Shown here: positions 14,268-26,658 of the stretch, in pieces
Numbering within the stretch: the first letter of the stretch is position 1
Layout: every line of letters starts with the position of its first letter
Assembly: GCA_964016885.1 (NCBI GenBank)
Contig: OZ024746.1
Location: forward strand, 18,786,001-18,850,000
Source: Eledone cirrhosa
Lineage: Eukaryota
DNA: 64,000 nucleotides
Reading direction: 5' to 3'
Notes under the pieces: model-generated
Databases searched by the model: none
Told to the model about the DNA's origin: nothing
What the model saw: the letters and a program-made list of their open reading frames with translations, nothing else
Program-made: the position numbers and the translations under genes

Positions 14268-14512
14268 ATATCTAATTCCCACCCCACACCACAAAAGATC
14301 TAATTCCTACTCCACCCCACAAAAGATCTAATTCCCACTCCACCCCACAAAAGATCTAATTCCCACTCCACCCCACAAAAGATCTAATTCCCACTCCACC
14401 CCACATAAGATCTAATTCCCACTCCACCCCACATAAGATCTAATTCCCACTCCACCCCACATAAGATCTAATTTCCACTCCACCCCACAAAAGGTTTAAT
14501 TCCCACCCACTC
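14268..14512. repeat. 28-bp minisatellite (gatctaattcccactccaccccacaaaa), about 8 copies
   Basis: Direct tandem alignment. Confidence 0.92.
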
Positions 14513-15479
14513 TACAAATAGAAAAAATAATATGCAAAGACTCATTATTGAGCTGAAATTAACTGCTGTGTTGGTTTTAGATTTTAAAGTGCCCCAGCAT
14601 TACCCCGAGAGGGTAATTACTTGGGTAATTTCAGTTGATCAAAGTTTTTCGACTTCATTACTTATATATGTAAAACCCAGCTGTATTTCTGAGAGAGGAA
14701 GAATTAGTTTTAACAGTTCAGCTCTATAAGCTGCCTAAAACTTAGTCTTGGCACAATGGAAAGGTGTAGAAAGGTTTAGAAAATGACAACCAGTGCTATA
14801 AAACAAACTAAAGAGAGTGCAAACTCTGAATTAGTCGACAGCTGAGCAACAGAATGATGATATGATGATAGAACAAACAAATATGAATAAGTAAAATAGC
14901 AATGTTTATAAATTATCATAGGATATAGACTAGAGAGAGAGAGATGTGCCAATTTTATGTCTCATGCAACAAGAAATACCTGTAGTAATAAGGAAACTAA
15001 TACACTACTATCACATGTAACGAACCTCTAGTAGGTTTTATTGTTTGCCAACTTGTACTTCTGCCAATTCCATGCTATTGATACTCAAAACAACATAATA
15101 CTAGAATTATAATAGAAAGGAATAATATGATTGTAGATAAGTTTTGTTGGTTTTTTTTTCTACAGTTTATATAAATAAGATTGTATTTATTCTTTCAGAA
15201 ACCATAACGATTGAAAGAATGTTCTATGTGCTGATGCTATTTCATTTCATGTCCAGTATTTTTTTATGTTGTGTGTGTGTATATATATATATATGTGTGT
15301 GTGTCAGTGAGTCTGTATACATATATATCTGATGTTAATCAATGGTGAATGTTGTTGATTTTTGCTGGCATGAAATGGTACCATATAGGTGTTATAAAAA
15401 CTTAGTGGCAGTGTAAGTTTAATACTTATTCTGTCACTCTGATTTTTTAGCTGGATTATATTGTTCTCTGCAAAATATT

Positions 15480-15900
15480 AGATATATGGCTTCCTATGAT
15501 ATTGGCAGTTTGCTCTTGGAACTCCGAGGTCTTGGATTTTTAGGAAAATGGATGTTAAATGATGATGATATATATAAGTCCTTATAGCTGAATCTATGGG
15601 AGAGTTAGAGGCAAAATTCCAAGCATGGAAGAAAAACCTAGAGTTGAAAGAAACTAAAAGCAAACTTAGCAATGATGAACATTTTAATAAGTAGGAAAGA
15701 AGACAGGAGGGTGATAACATGAAGGAAGTGGCCTTGTTCTATGTCAAAAAGGGTGGGTATAAATTCCATAAGGTACACAGTGTAACCTATGTATGTATAT
15801 AAGAGATGTAGTGTAATTACAAACAGGATAACAGAAAAGAAAGGCTTTGCCTGTTGCAGATGCACAAGAGAAGTAAACACTAAGTGCGCAAACTCTTACT
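15480..15900 (+). mobile_element. RTE LINE RT-region relic with Cys-rich insertion
   Basis: Degenerate EAKFQAWKKNLE, WPCS..KRVGINSI, YKRCS..ITEKKGFACCRC; paralogous to 37440-37680. Confidence 0.65.
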
Positions 15901-16083
15901 ATGTAGCAAATGGATGGATTCAGAAGAGATTATTATGATGCCTCAAATATTAAAATCTTGCAAACAATCCCTCAGCAGATGATTTTTTTTTGTTCAATAT
16001 TTCAACACTAATCTTAATTAATATGATTTTGTCAACAGGTAAAAACAACAATAACAATGAAAAATGTGACAAGAACATCTCAC

Positions 16084-16370
16084 CTGTCTGTGAAGAGATC
16101 CAGTGCTGGGACTTAGCGAAACATTTGCCTCAGATTGGGATGCAACTACCATAGAGAGAGGACGCTGCTGGGCCAGCTCTGTCTGTAGAGACTGGCTCTT
16201 TTCTAGTACAGGTGATGCCACTGGTTCAGCCTTTTCGCCCTTTTTCCGTTTTAAGGAAGCATGTTGTGTATCTATGGAAGAATTTGTTTGTACTGAGTGG
16301 GGTTGCAGTCTTGGAGAGCCAGAGAGCGCACTGCTGGTGTCAGATTCCTCAAAACCTTGATCCGGAATAT
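16084..16370 (-). CDS. Internal coding exon (IPDQGFEESDTSSALSGSPR...RPLSMVV...SPSTGSLHRQ)
   Basis: Acceptor ttcttattttccag|AT (phase 1, matches the upstream exon); donor CAG|gtgaga (phase 0); 287 nt open frame. Confidence 0.88.
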
Positions 16371-16429
16371 CTGGAAAATAAGAATTGAAATTAGTTAATA
16401 ACATTAAAATCATGGTATTATGTTGTAAA

Positions 16430-16710
16430 GCCGAGTGGTAAGGGTGTTGAACTTACGATCAAAATGTCATGGGTTTGATTCCTGGACTGGGTTGTGTGTT
16501 GTGTTTTTGAACAAAACACTACATTTCACATTACTCCAGTATATGCAGCTGAAAATGAGTACCAACAATAGCTGGGGGTTTCACCCTGCGATGGACTGGC
16601 GTCCAGTCCAGAGGAAGTCTTATACTCTCAGGTGCTTAATGCCACAGAAAGCCGGGATAAGCACCGACTTCATGAGTCTCTGGGCGTGAGAGAGACTTTG
16701 GACTTTTAGA
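16430..16710 (+). mobile_element. tRNA-CORE SINE carrying a V-domain-like body
   Basis: CCCTGCGATGGACTGGCGTCCAGTCCAG follows the CORE-like segment; relatives at 17010-17330 (+), 27170-27410 (-), 30955-31310 (-) and 52165-52285 (+). Confidence 0.7.
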
Positions 16711-17724
16711 CTTATCAAATTGCTGCTAATCAATAATTACATGGGCTACTGCTCTAGTAAAAAAAAAAAAAAAATGAGGTTGCCAGCCCACCACTGTCTG
16801 CAGAGTTATTCTCACTACCACTACATCCTCTTATACTTTCAAAAGTCACCCCATTATATCAGCTTAAACATTTGTAGCAAATATATAAATAAATAAACCA
16901 ATTTAATGAAAAAAAAAAAATTAATATTCACGGCAGCTACTTCTTTATATTGGCATAAAAGCCAAAGTGTGTAAAATGGATGGATGAAGTTAATTGAATC
17001 AACTAATAGAGGCACGTAGGTTCGATTCCTGCACTGGGTTGTGTTGTGTTCTTGAGCAAAACATTTCATTCCAGGAGTACCAGCAATAGCTGGGAGGTGG
17101 GGGGGGGTAACCCTGCAATGGACTGGTGTCCTGTCCAGAGGGGAGTCATGTACTTTCAGTCACTTAACACTAAATAAACCAGAATAAGAACTGGCTTGAT
17201 GAGCTTCAAGGCTTGAGACAGACTTTTACCCTGTGATGGACTGGTGTCCTGACCAGGAGGGAATCTTGTACTCTCAGTTGCTTAATGCCATGGAAAGTGG
17301 TGAGCCTCCAGACTCGAGACAGTCTTTAGAAATATATAACTGATACTTATTTTATCACTACTGGAGTGATGGACTGCATAATCAACTCTCATGGGATTTA
17401 AAATCAGCAGTAAGTCAAGCAAAAACATTTTTCTGACAATGATAATTATGATTGATAATGATTGCATCTGTCATTCACTTCAAGTTATGCTTCATAGTTA
17501 TAGAAACTACATTTTCTATTTACATTACAAATTTAGTTATGGTTATGTAAATATATATATCCAAAATTCCTATGTGAGAACAATCTGATAATTAAATTTT
17601 AAAACGTACAAAAGTAATACGAGTAACTTGAAAAACTAAATTAAAAAAATAACTAAATCAGAAACCTAAATTGATTAGTTACAGAATTTGAACTATTTCA
17701 GACAAGTTGGTTTCTAATGTTTCT

Positions 17725-17940
17725 TCATCATCATCATCATCATCATTGTTTTTACACCTGCTTTCCATGCTTGCATGGGATGGATGGGCCCTTCTCAGCA
17801 CAACATCTCTGCATTTGCCACATTTCTTCATCACCATATCTGTGAGTCTTAGCGATTTCAGATCAGCTCTCACCACCTCTGTCTAGGTCTTCCTTGGTAT
17901 ACCTCTACAGTGGGATTTCCTGGCACTTCTTCCCCCAGAA
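17725..17940 (-). mobile_element. RTE LINE 3' end with (GAT)n tail
   Basis: RKT.TEVVRADLKSLRLTDMVM..DVVLRR; same family at 54625-54875 (-) and 57300-57472 (+). Confidence 0.7.
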
Positions 17941-18079
17941 ATTATGTTCTTTTTTTATGGCTTAGTCCGGAGGTCGGATAGTGTCAATAACTTTCATAGG
18001 TGAGTGGGGTTAATATGGTTTATACTCAGTGTGAACAACTGTAAATCAATATCTATGAGGAAAAACATGGGTGTGGAGA

Positions 18080-18490
18080 GGGAATTTTGGGGGAGGGGAA
18101 GTTGATTAAATCGATCCCAGTGTATTACGGACACTTTATTTTATCAACCCTGTAAGGATAAAAGGCAAAGCTAACCTTGGTGGGATTTGAACTCAGAATG
18201 TAAAGGATTGTAACTCTATACTGCAAAGCATGTTGTCCAACACTCTACTGATACTGTCTATCCATTGCCCCATATAATGGTTTCTGATTTAGGCACAAGG
18301 ACAACAATTTTAGGCAAGGGGAAAATCAATTGAATCAATCCCAGTGTGTTATTGGTATTTTATTTTATCGACCCTGTAAGGATAAAAGGCAAAGCTAACC
18401 TTGGTGGGATTTGAACTCAGAACATAAAGGGCTGTAACTATATTCCACAAAGTATGTTTTCCAATGCTCTACCGATACTGCCAATTCCTC
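18080..18490 (-). mobile_element. Two tandem Nin-like SINEs
   Basis: Same family as 2048-2464; further copies near 60-220, 21595-21760, 30562-30750, 31480-31640, 33145-33280, 43980-44185, 52020-52160 and 55975-56157. Confidence 0.8.
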
Positions 18491-19277
18491 GTGATAATAA
18501 TAATAATTTATTTTATTAGCCACAAGGGCCTTAGACGTTGGGGACAAATCAAGGACAAAAGAAACAAAACACAAAGTGGGGTTTACATTGAGTAAAGAAA
18601 AGGGGACATCAACAAAGGGAAAACAGTGGGAATAACAATAGTTGTATTAAATAACAAGGGTAACAAATCAAAACAATAACAAATGTTAACTAGGAAAAGT
18701 TCCCCAATAGGTTGGGATCATTCTTGGGAGAGCTCCTGACAAACCCTAAATTGTCACATCAGAGGTATTGAAAATACCCTCTCCTAGTTTCTTTTCTTGT
18801 GCTCAGAAAAACTGTTGCTATTTGTTATTGTTTTTAACGGAATTTTCCTAGTTTATGGATTTCCTCTACTTTTACATGTAAAAGTATATTTAACTTAAAA
18901 CTCTCTGATGTGAGATATCTCTTTACACCAAGTGTGCTGACAGGAACACATTGCATTTTATCAGTTGAACAAAACAATAATGACAAAAAGAAAAAACAAC
19001 ACTTGCTTTATATAGAGGATTAGCAGATGAAATGAGCAATGATGGCTTATGAGTGGTTCTGGGCATTGACAAGAATGCTCTGAGCAAACTCTTCAACAAC
19101 AAATTGTAGCTACAGTTTTAACAGTACAAAAGTTTATCTCTTTAAATCTATAATCAATATGTAAATATTAACTGATTTGATCAATTTTATTGTTTTCTAC
19201 ACTAACATTTAAAATAAAGAGTTTCAAACTCATCTTCACTAACAACTCACACCAAATAAAGGAATTTGTGTTAGAAC

Positions 19278-19806
19278 AAATAATATTAAACTCTACATTT
19301 CAGGTAGTCTTTTGTGTAGGGTGAGAGTTTAAGGTGTTGAACTCTTGTGTGATTAGACCACATTGAAACAAATAGAATTTGTCTGTATTTAAAACTGAAT
19401 GATTCTTTCCTTTAACCCTTTAGCATTTAAACCGGCCGTATCTGGCCAGAATTCTCTAACCTCTTTCTGTTTAAAGTGGCTGTAACTGGCCACTCATACT
19501 GATGTTAAGGTGTTGTTCTCAAAATAAATGATATCAAAATCTCATAGATACGATATTATGCGAGATATTATGTAAGGTAAAGCTTTTACCATAAAAATAC
19601 AATAGTATATATAGAGTAATGTAAATACTAAAGGGTTAATAGTTGTAGAGTTTGCATTAAAAAATGAATTCAGAATTGATTTTGTTTAGTAGGTCAACAA
19701 AATAGCAAAATTACATCATTTAATATCTCATTTCATGGTGTTCATCACCTTAAACTCTCAACCTGTACAAGAAAACTACCTGAAATATAGGGTTAAATAT
19801 TATTTG
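19278..19806. mobile_element. MITE-like element with about 65-bp imperfect terminal inverted repeats, hosting a nested piggyBac-type MITE
   Basis: caaataatattaaactctacatttcaggtagt..aaggtgttgaac matches the reverse complement of 19740-19806. Confidence 0.65.
19416..19635. mobile_element. piggyBac-type MITE
   Basis: TTAA on both sides; TIRs ccctttagcattta / taaatactaaaggg. Confidence 0.8.
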
Positions 19807-20281
19807 TCAGATGTAGAGGAGGAGGTTAGACAGGAGTCTCTGACAGTAATGTGTAGCAAAGTTGCCTTGGTATAAAGGTAATAAGGTCAAACTTGAAGTT
19901 TGTTCTCATTAACATCATCATCATCATTTTTTAATTGTTCCCTGTGGAATCACTGCTCTAGATATATAATGCCTAAGGGCAGACGAGAGTCATGGCTAGA
20001 ATATCTTTGATCATAAATAAATCTGCCGAGTAAAAGGTGACATGGAACTAAACAACAACAGCCTTCCACTACTTTTTTGCTCTATATATTTCCATTTATA
20101 TATTGCCACACTAGACTGGCTACTATTTCATAAAATTTCTTTCTATGTAATATCTTTATAACATTAATTTATAATGAATTACTGATATTAGATATTGATC
20201 AATACCTATGTAAACAAGGTGATAACATATCTTCATCTGAGGTTTAGACTTGTGAAAGAAATTACTACAACAATGGCATAT

Positions 20282-20612
20282 GGAGGCACATGGCTTAGTG
20301 GTTAGAGCATTGGCCTTGCAATCGAAAGGTTGTGAGTTCAATTCTCGGACCGGGCGATGTGTTGTTTCCTTGAGCAAGACACTTTATTTCACATTGCTCC
20401 AGTTTACTCAGCTGTAGAAATGAGAGGTCCCTATCATTCCACTGCAAAGTGGACGTGGAGGTGCCACGGCAAAAAAGCACCCAGCACTCACTGTAAATGA
20501 GGTTGGTGTTAGGAAGGGCATCCAGCTGTAGAAATCAAGCCAGAATCAGTTCCCGTCCCACCCTTGCAAGCAAGGAAAAAGTGGACGTAAAATGAAGTGA
20601 AGTGAAGTGAAT
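20282..20612 (+). mobile_element. Full-length tRNA-CORE SINE with RTE-derived body and tail
   Basis: Box A TGGCTTAGTGG, box B GAGTTCAATTC, ccttgagcaagacacttt, ggtgttaggaagggcatccagctgtagaaa, (TGAAG)n tail, probable TSD aatggcat. Confidence 0.88.
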
Positions 20613-20625
20613 GGCATGACATTAA

Positions 20626-21126
20626 CCCTTTCATTATATTTATCACATTCATCATCATCATCACCGTTTTACGCCCATTCTTCCATGCTATCATGGGTTA
20701 GACATTCATTATCATATTTATATTTCTAATGAAAGATGCTGCCTATCATTTTCAAATAATTTTGAAAATAATGAAGTATTTTGAAGCATTTGGAAGGATT
20801 TAGCTTCCTCATTATTTAATTGGTGTTTGTAGCATAATTTAACACACATTTTTACATAAAATTATGATGGAAAGTTTTTATATAAATACTTTAAATCAAG
20901 CATGTGTGACCTTTTTCGAACAGAAAGCCACATAGGATGTGGTTCAACATAATGTGGGCAGTACTACTAAAACATTCAAAGCAATTTGGAAATTAGGCGT
21001 GTCATTCAGAAAGCCAAACAGGCTGCATGTAGCTCGCGGGTTGCAGTTTGCTTATAACTGGTTTAATTAAACAGTTTTATATCATAGAACTAGAGACTGT
21101 TTCGCATGGATTTTGTATCAAAAGGG
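20626..21126. mobile_element. Degenerate piggyBac-type MITE
   Basis: ttaa|cccttt ... aaaggg|ttaa termini; TIR match is short. Confidence 0.45.
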
Positions 21127-22473
21127 TTAAAAAGATGATTGTAAAGATATATTTGACCCAGATTAACATGGACAAGCAAATATTCCCACCTCCTCCACTT
21201 AAAAAAACAAAAAACATAAAAGCCCACAATGAGGATGTTTATACTGTGACAATTTTAAGTAATAAAACATTTACTTTAGTTTAGACAGTTTTACTACTTC
21301 CATATATGATCTTCCATATGTGGTCTGGACATATTTAAATATCTGCTTTTGTTTCATTATTTATGTGAGAACATTATGTGGAGGCTATTTTGATAAGGTT
21401 CTTACAAATATATTTATTTTAATTAGTCATAAAATGGAAGGCCACACCCTTGATCTTTACAAATCTCCCCGAGTTGATGCTACTTGATTTGAACTTTTGA
21501 CATTTCCTTACAAAAGTTCAAACTGAGCACTAGCTGCATCATTCCCACCAGCCTGCAAAAACCACGAGTGCAACCTTTCATTCTGTTACAAATTGATAAT
21601 TGTTTCTGACACAGGAACAAAGCCATACATTTTTTGGAGAAGGGGTTAGTTGATTAGATTAACCCCTAGTATTTGATTAGTACTGTATTGACCCTGGAAA
21701 GATGAAAGGTAACTTAAAGAGCTGGAACAAATGCCTCAAGGCATTCTAACCAATACACTAATAACACTTTAAGAAACAGACATGGATGAAACCAAAAACA
21801 TTTGTCAGCTAAATAATGTTCTCACATATACAATAAAAGTTAGATCTTTAGAATATACTTGCACCATATGAAAGTAATAAAAATAAATATTTTATTGCTT
21901 ATATTTATGATAGCATAATCATTGACATTGTTTTAGTGATTGTCTGTGTTAATATGGGTCAAATATGTCTGGACTATCATATATAATAATGAAAATTGTG
22001 TACAGTGCTCTGGTCTCCTTTTTTATCTTGTCATGATTTTAGTTATTTCTTTCACAAGTTATCCTCACAACTCGCGCCATTTTCATAGGAGCCAAGTCCT
22101 CAGACATGCCTTCCAAAAGGTCCTATCAGAAACAACTGTCTCCAAATGACCCAGCTAGATCCCCAAGTGAGATCAAACGAGCTCATGGATATTATCCAAC
22201 TTGCTTGTGGTTTACCTCTGGGTCTCCTGCCGTATCATACTCTTCTCCTCAGTCTGAGAAGTAAAAGAACTATGTAATTACTTGATGATAGTCGGGTGTG
22301 GCACGGGGGTTCCCATGCATGTTAGGTTCTGCTGTATACTTTATTGTATTGTCACTCAGATGTTTGTAGTGACCACCATCACTAGTCAGGAGGTCTACTG
22401 TAACATGGCAGTGTAAGCCACTCTTGATTTCTGTTGTAGCCAGTATGGCATTTATTGTAGTGTACAGGTAAAT

Positions 22474-22506
<33 letters not shown>

Positions 22507-23164
22507 CATATATATCATAACGAGTTGGTTCCCGACTCTTTTTAATATAGCTGTACTCGAGTACTCTGTTGAGTAATGGTCTAACTAGTTTCAAACTGGT
22601 TCTAACCTGATTTATATATATATATACATACAGGAGCACATAGCCTTTACTATAGTGCAGGGAGGTGTATAGGTGTGTTTATATATATATATATATATAT
22701 ATAAATTTCTGTGTTATGAGGGAAAATAATTATGGTGAAGAAAGTGCAACAAGGCTATTGTCAATAGAGTATTCATGTAAACCAACAGACCACTCAAGGG
22801 AGACAGATTTGGCATTGAGTAGTCACGTTGCTTGGCATGTAACCAGTAGTAATCAAAACATTGATCTAACTTCTACACTTTACAAATTAATTAGCACAAC
22901 AGATTTAGACCAAATATTGCCATTTCAATAAGAGGGGAAAGAGCCTGTGGTTTTACATGAAACAGTTAATAGAGTAATGTAATTAAGAAATTGATGTTGA
23001 GAAGTCATCAGGCAGAGAATGTATTTCATTTACAAAGGTAAGGCTAATACCAGATTTAATAACGACACTACATACAGGTTTGTGTCAACAAGTTTTTATG
23101 AGCAAACACCAAAATTGAAAAAAAGAAAAAGAAAAAAAAATTAATTTTACAAGTGTTTTATATA

Positions 23165-23242
23165 CATGGTATCTCAAAGTTACTATCTATTTTGAATAGC
23201 AATAAGAACACCAAAATAGATAGTAAATTTTGAGACACCCTG
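23165..23242. mobile_element. 78-bp Tc1/mariner-type MITE (near palindrome)
   Basis: TA flanks; catggtatctcaaagttactatctattttg vs caaaatagatagtaaattttgagacaccctg. Confidence 0.75.
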
Positions 23243-23402
23243 TATAAATCTGGGAAGCTAATGTATAGAAATATATAATTTATAGAAAAATACTAAACCA
23301 GGTGTTGACTTGGTCTTGGCATCAAAGCTTTTTATAATAAGACCTTTATTGTTTCAATCAGTCTACAAAACACTGAGCAAACACTCTAAACCAAATGCCA
23401 AC

Positions 23403-23486
23403 CTGCACTCATGATTCCTGCTAAACCAACCCATGACACAGCCTCCAGATTTGGCAAACTGAATATGGACCGCCCATCTTCCCAAA
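23403..23486 (-). CDS. Candidate 84-nt symmetric cassette exon (WEDGRSIFSLPNLEAVSWVGLAGIMSA)
   Basis: ggtttgcctag| acceptor and CAG|gttggc donor, phase 1/1, open in frame between the flanking exons; unique GC-richer island; splice sites only moderate. Confidence 0.3.
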
Positions 23487-24049
23487 CTAGGCAAACCGAA
23501 CCGCAACAATCACTAAATGGGGAAGACAGATGTTATCAAGCTGCAGCTGTCATTACGTAATTTCTTTATAATAAAGCTATTATTATCTCCAGCGACTTTT
23601 TATATGTATGATTTACTTTACGCCATGTAACTGAAATATTTATTTCTTGGTTAAATAACTAGCATGAGAAAAACATATCCTTCATTAAAGAAATATAAAC
23701 AAATGTGGGAAGACATGACAAATATAAAATTGTATAGAAACTAATATATAAATGAAAACAAATATTATTACAGAGCACCTGCTGTCAAAGATAATGTTTT
23801 AATAAATAAAAACTATTTAACTATAGTAGAATTTTAAATAGGAGGATATAGAACTAACATTTGTTGACATGACATAAATTACATCTCTAAATATCTAATC
23901 ATGTAAAATATTAGGCAGCTGTGTGAACTCAACGACCCCTAACATTACAGCTATAACTCAAGTATATTACACTCCTTTTACGTTTTTTTTTGCTAACTTC
24001 AATTTAGTATTCGTGCCAACCCTTAACTATGTTCATGAATATTGGGTAT

Positions 24050-24260
24050 TGACTGAAAGAATACGATCATGAATACAAGTGGCGAAAATGGGGTTTCTCC
24101 AAAGAGTCTTTGGAGTAATATTACTTGATAGAGTGCTTAGTTTGGACACCAGAGTGTCACTCTAGGTAGTGCTGCTACTTCTTCAAATTGAGAGATAAAA
24201 GCTCTGATATTATGGACATGTGGTTATAATGTCTCACGAAAGAAGCGCTGGACAGATTTT
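24050..24260 (+). mobile_element. RTE LINE fragment
   Basis: IQVAKMGFLQRVFGVILLDRV...LLLQIER..L.YYGHVV, typical of the RTE post-RT region. Confidence 0.7.
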
Positions 24261-25154
24261 ATGGGAAAAACAACAAAACAAAAAAAAAAAAAACGAAATT
24301 GCCCGATAGAGGAATCAAACTTGCAACTTTTAACCCCTAAGCCATGGGTTTTCACATAAATACATATAATCTCTTGAAATCTCAAACAAATAGTGCTAAT
24401 CTTCAACTAGGAAACCAAAGGTTTCAGTTGACACTAGCAATATTTTAATGTTACTCCTAATTAAAGTATTTTTAAGCGTTTAAGAAAAATAATATATTTA
24501 TGACTATTCCACTGGAAGTTAACACTGAATAAACAAAAATAAAATGTTATATAATGAGTCACTTTTCTTTAAAATAATACCATGTTGTCTGATGGCAACA
24601 GAATGTTTCTAGAACATACAGTGCCTAGCAGTAATATATATATATATTTTTTTCAGATTCAGACATAACCACCATGAACATCAAATGATGTTTATAAGCC
24701 CTCAGAAGATAGTTGTTATAAGGCTAAATTAAGAGAAGGCAATTGAAATGTGAGATAGTGGTTAGACAAAACAATTCACTGAGAAGAGTTGTGAGCAATT
24801 AGAGAATTGAAAAAGCTATCTTAAATAGAAACAAAGAGATCAATTCAGCAACAAATATCTTCCAGTATGAAAATCCTTTTGGTATTAAGGGAAAATATTT
24901 CAATCCAAAGAAACCAAAAAGAGTCGCCATTAGTGAGATTTGTAGACAAGTGATATGTCAAAATAGTCTATATTTCAAATATAGTACATTGCCTCAATAG
25001 ATTTTGAAAATATTAAATAAAATCTTGGAGAGATTTAGTAAAATAACTTATTCAAGACTAGGTTTTGTACAAAACTAATTTTTCCAGTCTGTGATATTCA
25101 AAATGTTCGGAAGAGCTGGGCCGTTGACAGTGAAGTTCTTGTCATCGGTGGTGG

Positions 25155-25495
25155 ATTGCCTTACCGAGGCATCAGGTGGTGCCCATGAGGGTGCTTGGTT
25201 ATTCAAGCGCTTTAGCCTCACTATCACCCAGCCTTACCAAGGTGTCAGGTAATGCTCCTGGTGAGGGCGCTTGGTTATTCCAGCATCTTAGCCTCACTAT
25301 CACCTGGCCTTAGCGAGGTGTCAGGTGATGCCCATGAGGGTGCTTGGTTATTCCAGTGCCTTAGCTTCACTATCACCCAGCCTTACCAAGGTATCAGGTA
25401 ATACCTGTGAAGATGCTTGGTTGTTCCAGTGCCTAAGCCTCACCGAAATGTCAGGTAATGCTACTGGTGAGTGTCTTAGCCTCACTATCACCTGT
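25155..25495. repeat. Degenerate tandem repeat, unit about 75 bp, 4-5 copies
   Basis: Recurring ttagcctcactatcaccc..ccttaccaaggtgtcaggtaatgc..gagggtgcttggttattcca. Confidence 0.8.
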
Positions 25496-26323
25496 GTTGA
25501 CGTTGTCAGTGTGTTGGCTTGTCTCAAAAATTGTTAGAGGGAGGCTCCGGCACCTCTTGTGGTGTGTGACCAATTGACACAATGTTGACTTAATATTTTT
25601 TTTCATTTTGGTTCTATATTTTCATGTGAAATATTTATGTAATTAAATAATAGAGATATATGTGTATGTGCTGAATTTTGACAGCTATGACATTTGTGTT
25701 TGTAATTTCAAGTTATCTATATACACAACATTGTATACATACTTTTTAATTTTTCTTCTATTCAACTAAATTAAACATAGACTTTTCTTCATAAAAGAAA
25801 CAAGCCTAAAGAGATTCTCTTTTAAACAAACAGACTATTCTTACTATTATTATTGCATTTCAAGGTAGAACAATGTTTTTTAACTCTATAATATAACAAT
25901 CAATCATACCATTCATATCACATTGTTATTATCATTATCGATTATACCATTCTTACAATATTAATGGCTAAATACAATTCATCACAGTCTACTATTATAT
26001 TAACACAATCAGCTGGATAAATATTGTATTCTAGTCCATAGACATTCTCTGTTTTTCAGCATGGAACTTCAGCTATAAATTATATTGCTACAAACGAATT
26101 ACTGTTGGTCAAAACAATATGGTGCCAGGATATTGCATCATCTATTGTGAGTCTATGTTTAAGATAATACCAGGTCTCTTAGTCTGCATGCTTAAAAATA
26201 GGTAAGGTATGTATAATACATTTCAGTACTGTAAAGAGGGTTCTATAATAAACCAATCTTTTTTGTCAACTTCCAGTGCTGAGTTAGGGTTAACTAATAG
26301 CCATTGAGATGGCAGAATGTAAC

Positions 26324-26658
26324 TGATCCTACACTCAGAGAAGGCAGCACTTAATTGATCCTACACTCAGAGAAGGTAGCAGGTAACTGGTCCTACACTC
26401 AGAGAAGGTAGCAGGTAACTGGTCCTACACTCAGAGAAGGTAGCAGGTAACTGGTCCTACACTCAGAGAAGGTAGCAGGTAACTGGTCCTACACTCAGAG
26501 AAGGCAACACATATCTGATCCTACACTCAGAGAAGGCAACACATATATGATCCTACACTCAGAGAAGGCAACACATATATGATCCTACACTCAGAGAAGG
26601 CAACACATATATGATCCTACACTCAGAGAAGGCAACACATATATGATCCTACACTCAG
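26324..26658. repeat. 32-bp minisatellite, 11 core copies
   Basis: cctacactcag recurs every 32 bp from 26328 to 26648. Confidence 0.95.

Noticed and set aside
20282-20360. tRNA-like sequence with box A and box B
   Set aside because: It is a SINE head continuing into CORE-like sequence, not a tRNA gene
26324-26658. CRISPR-like repeat/spacer appearance
   Set aside because: Variable parts are only about 12-14 nt and repeat each other; eukaryotic intron; no cas genes
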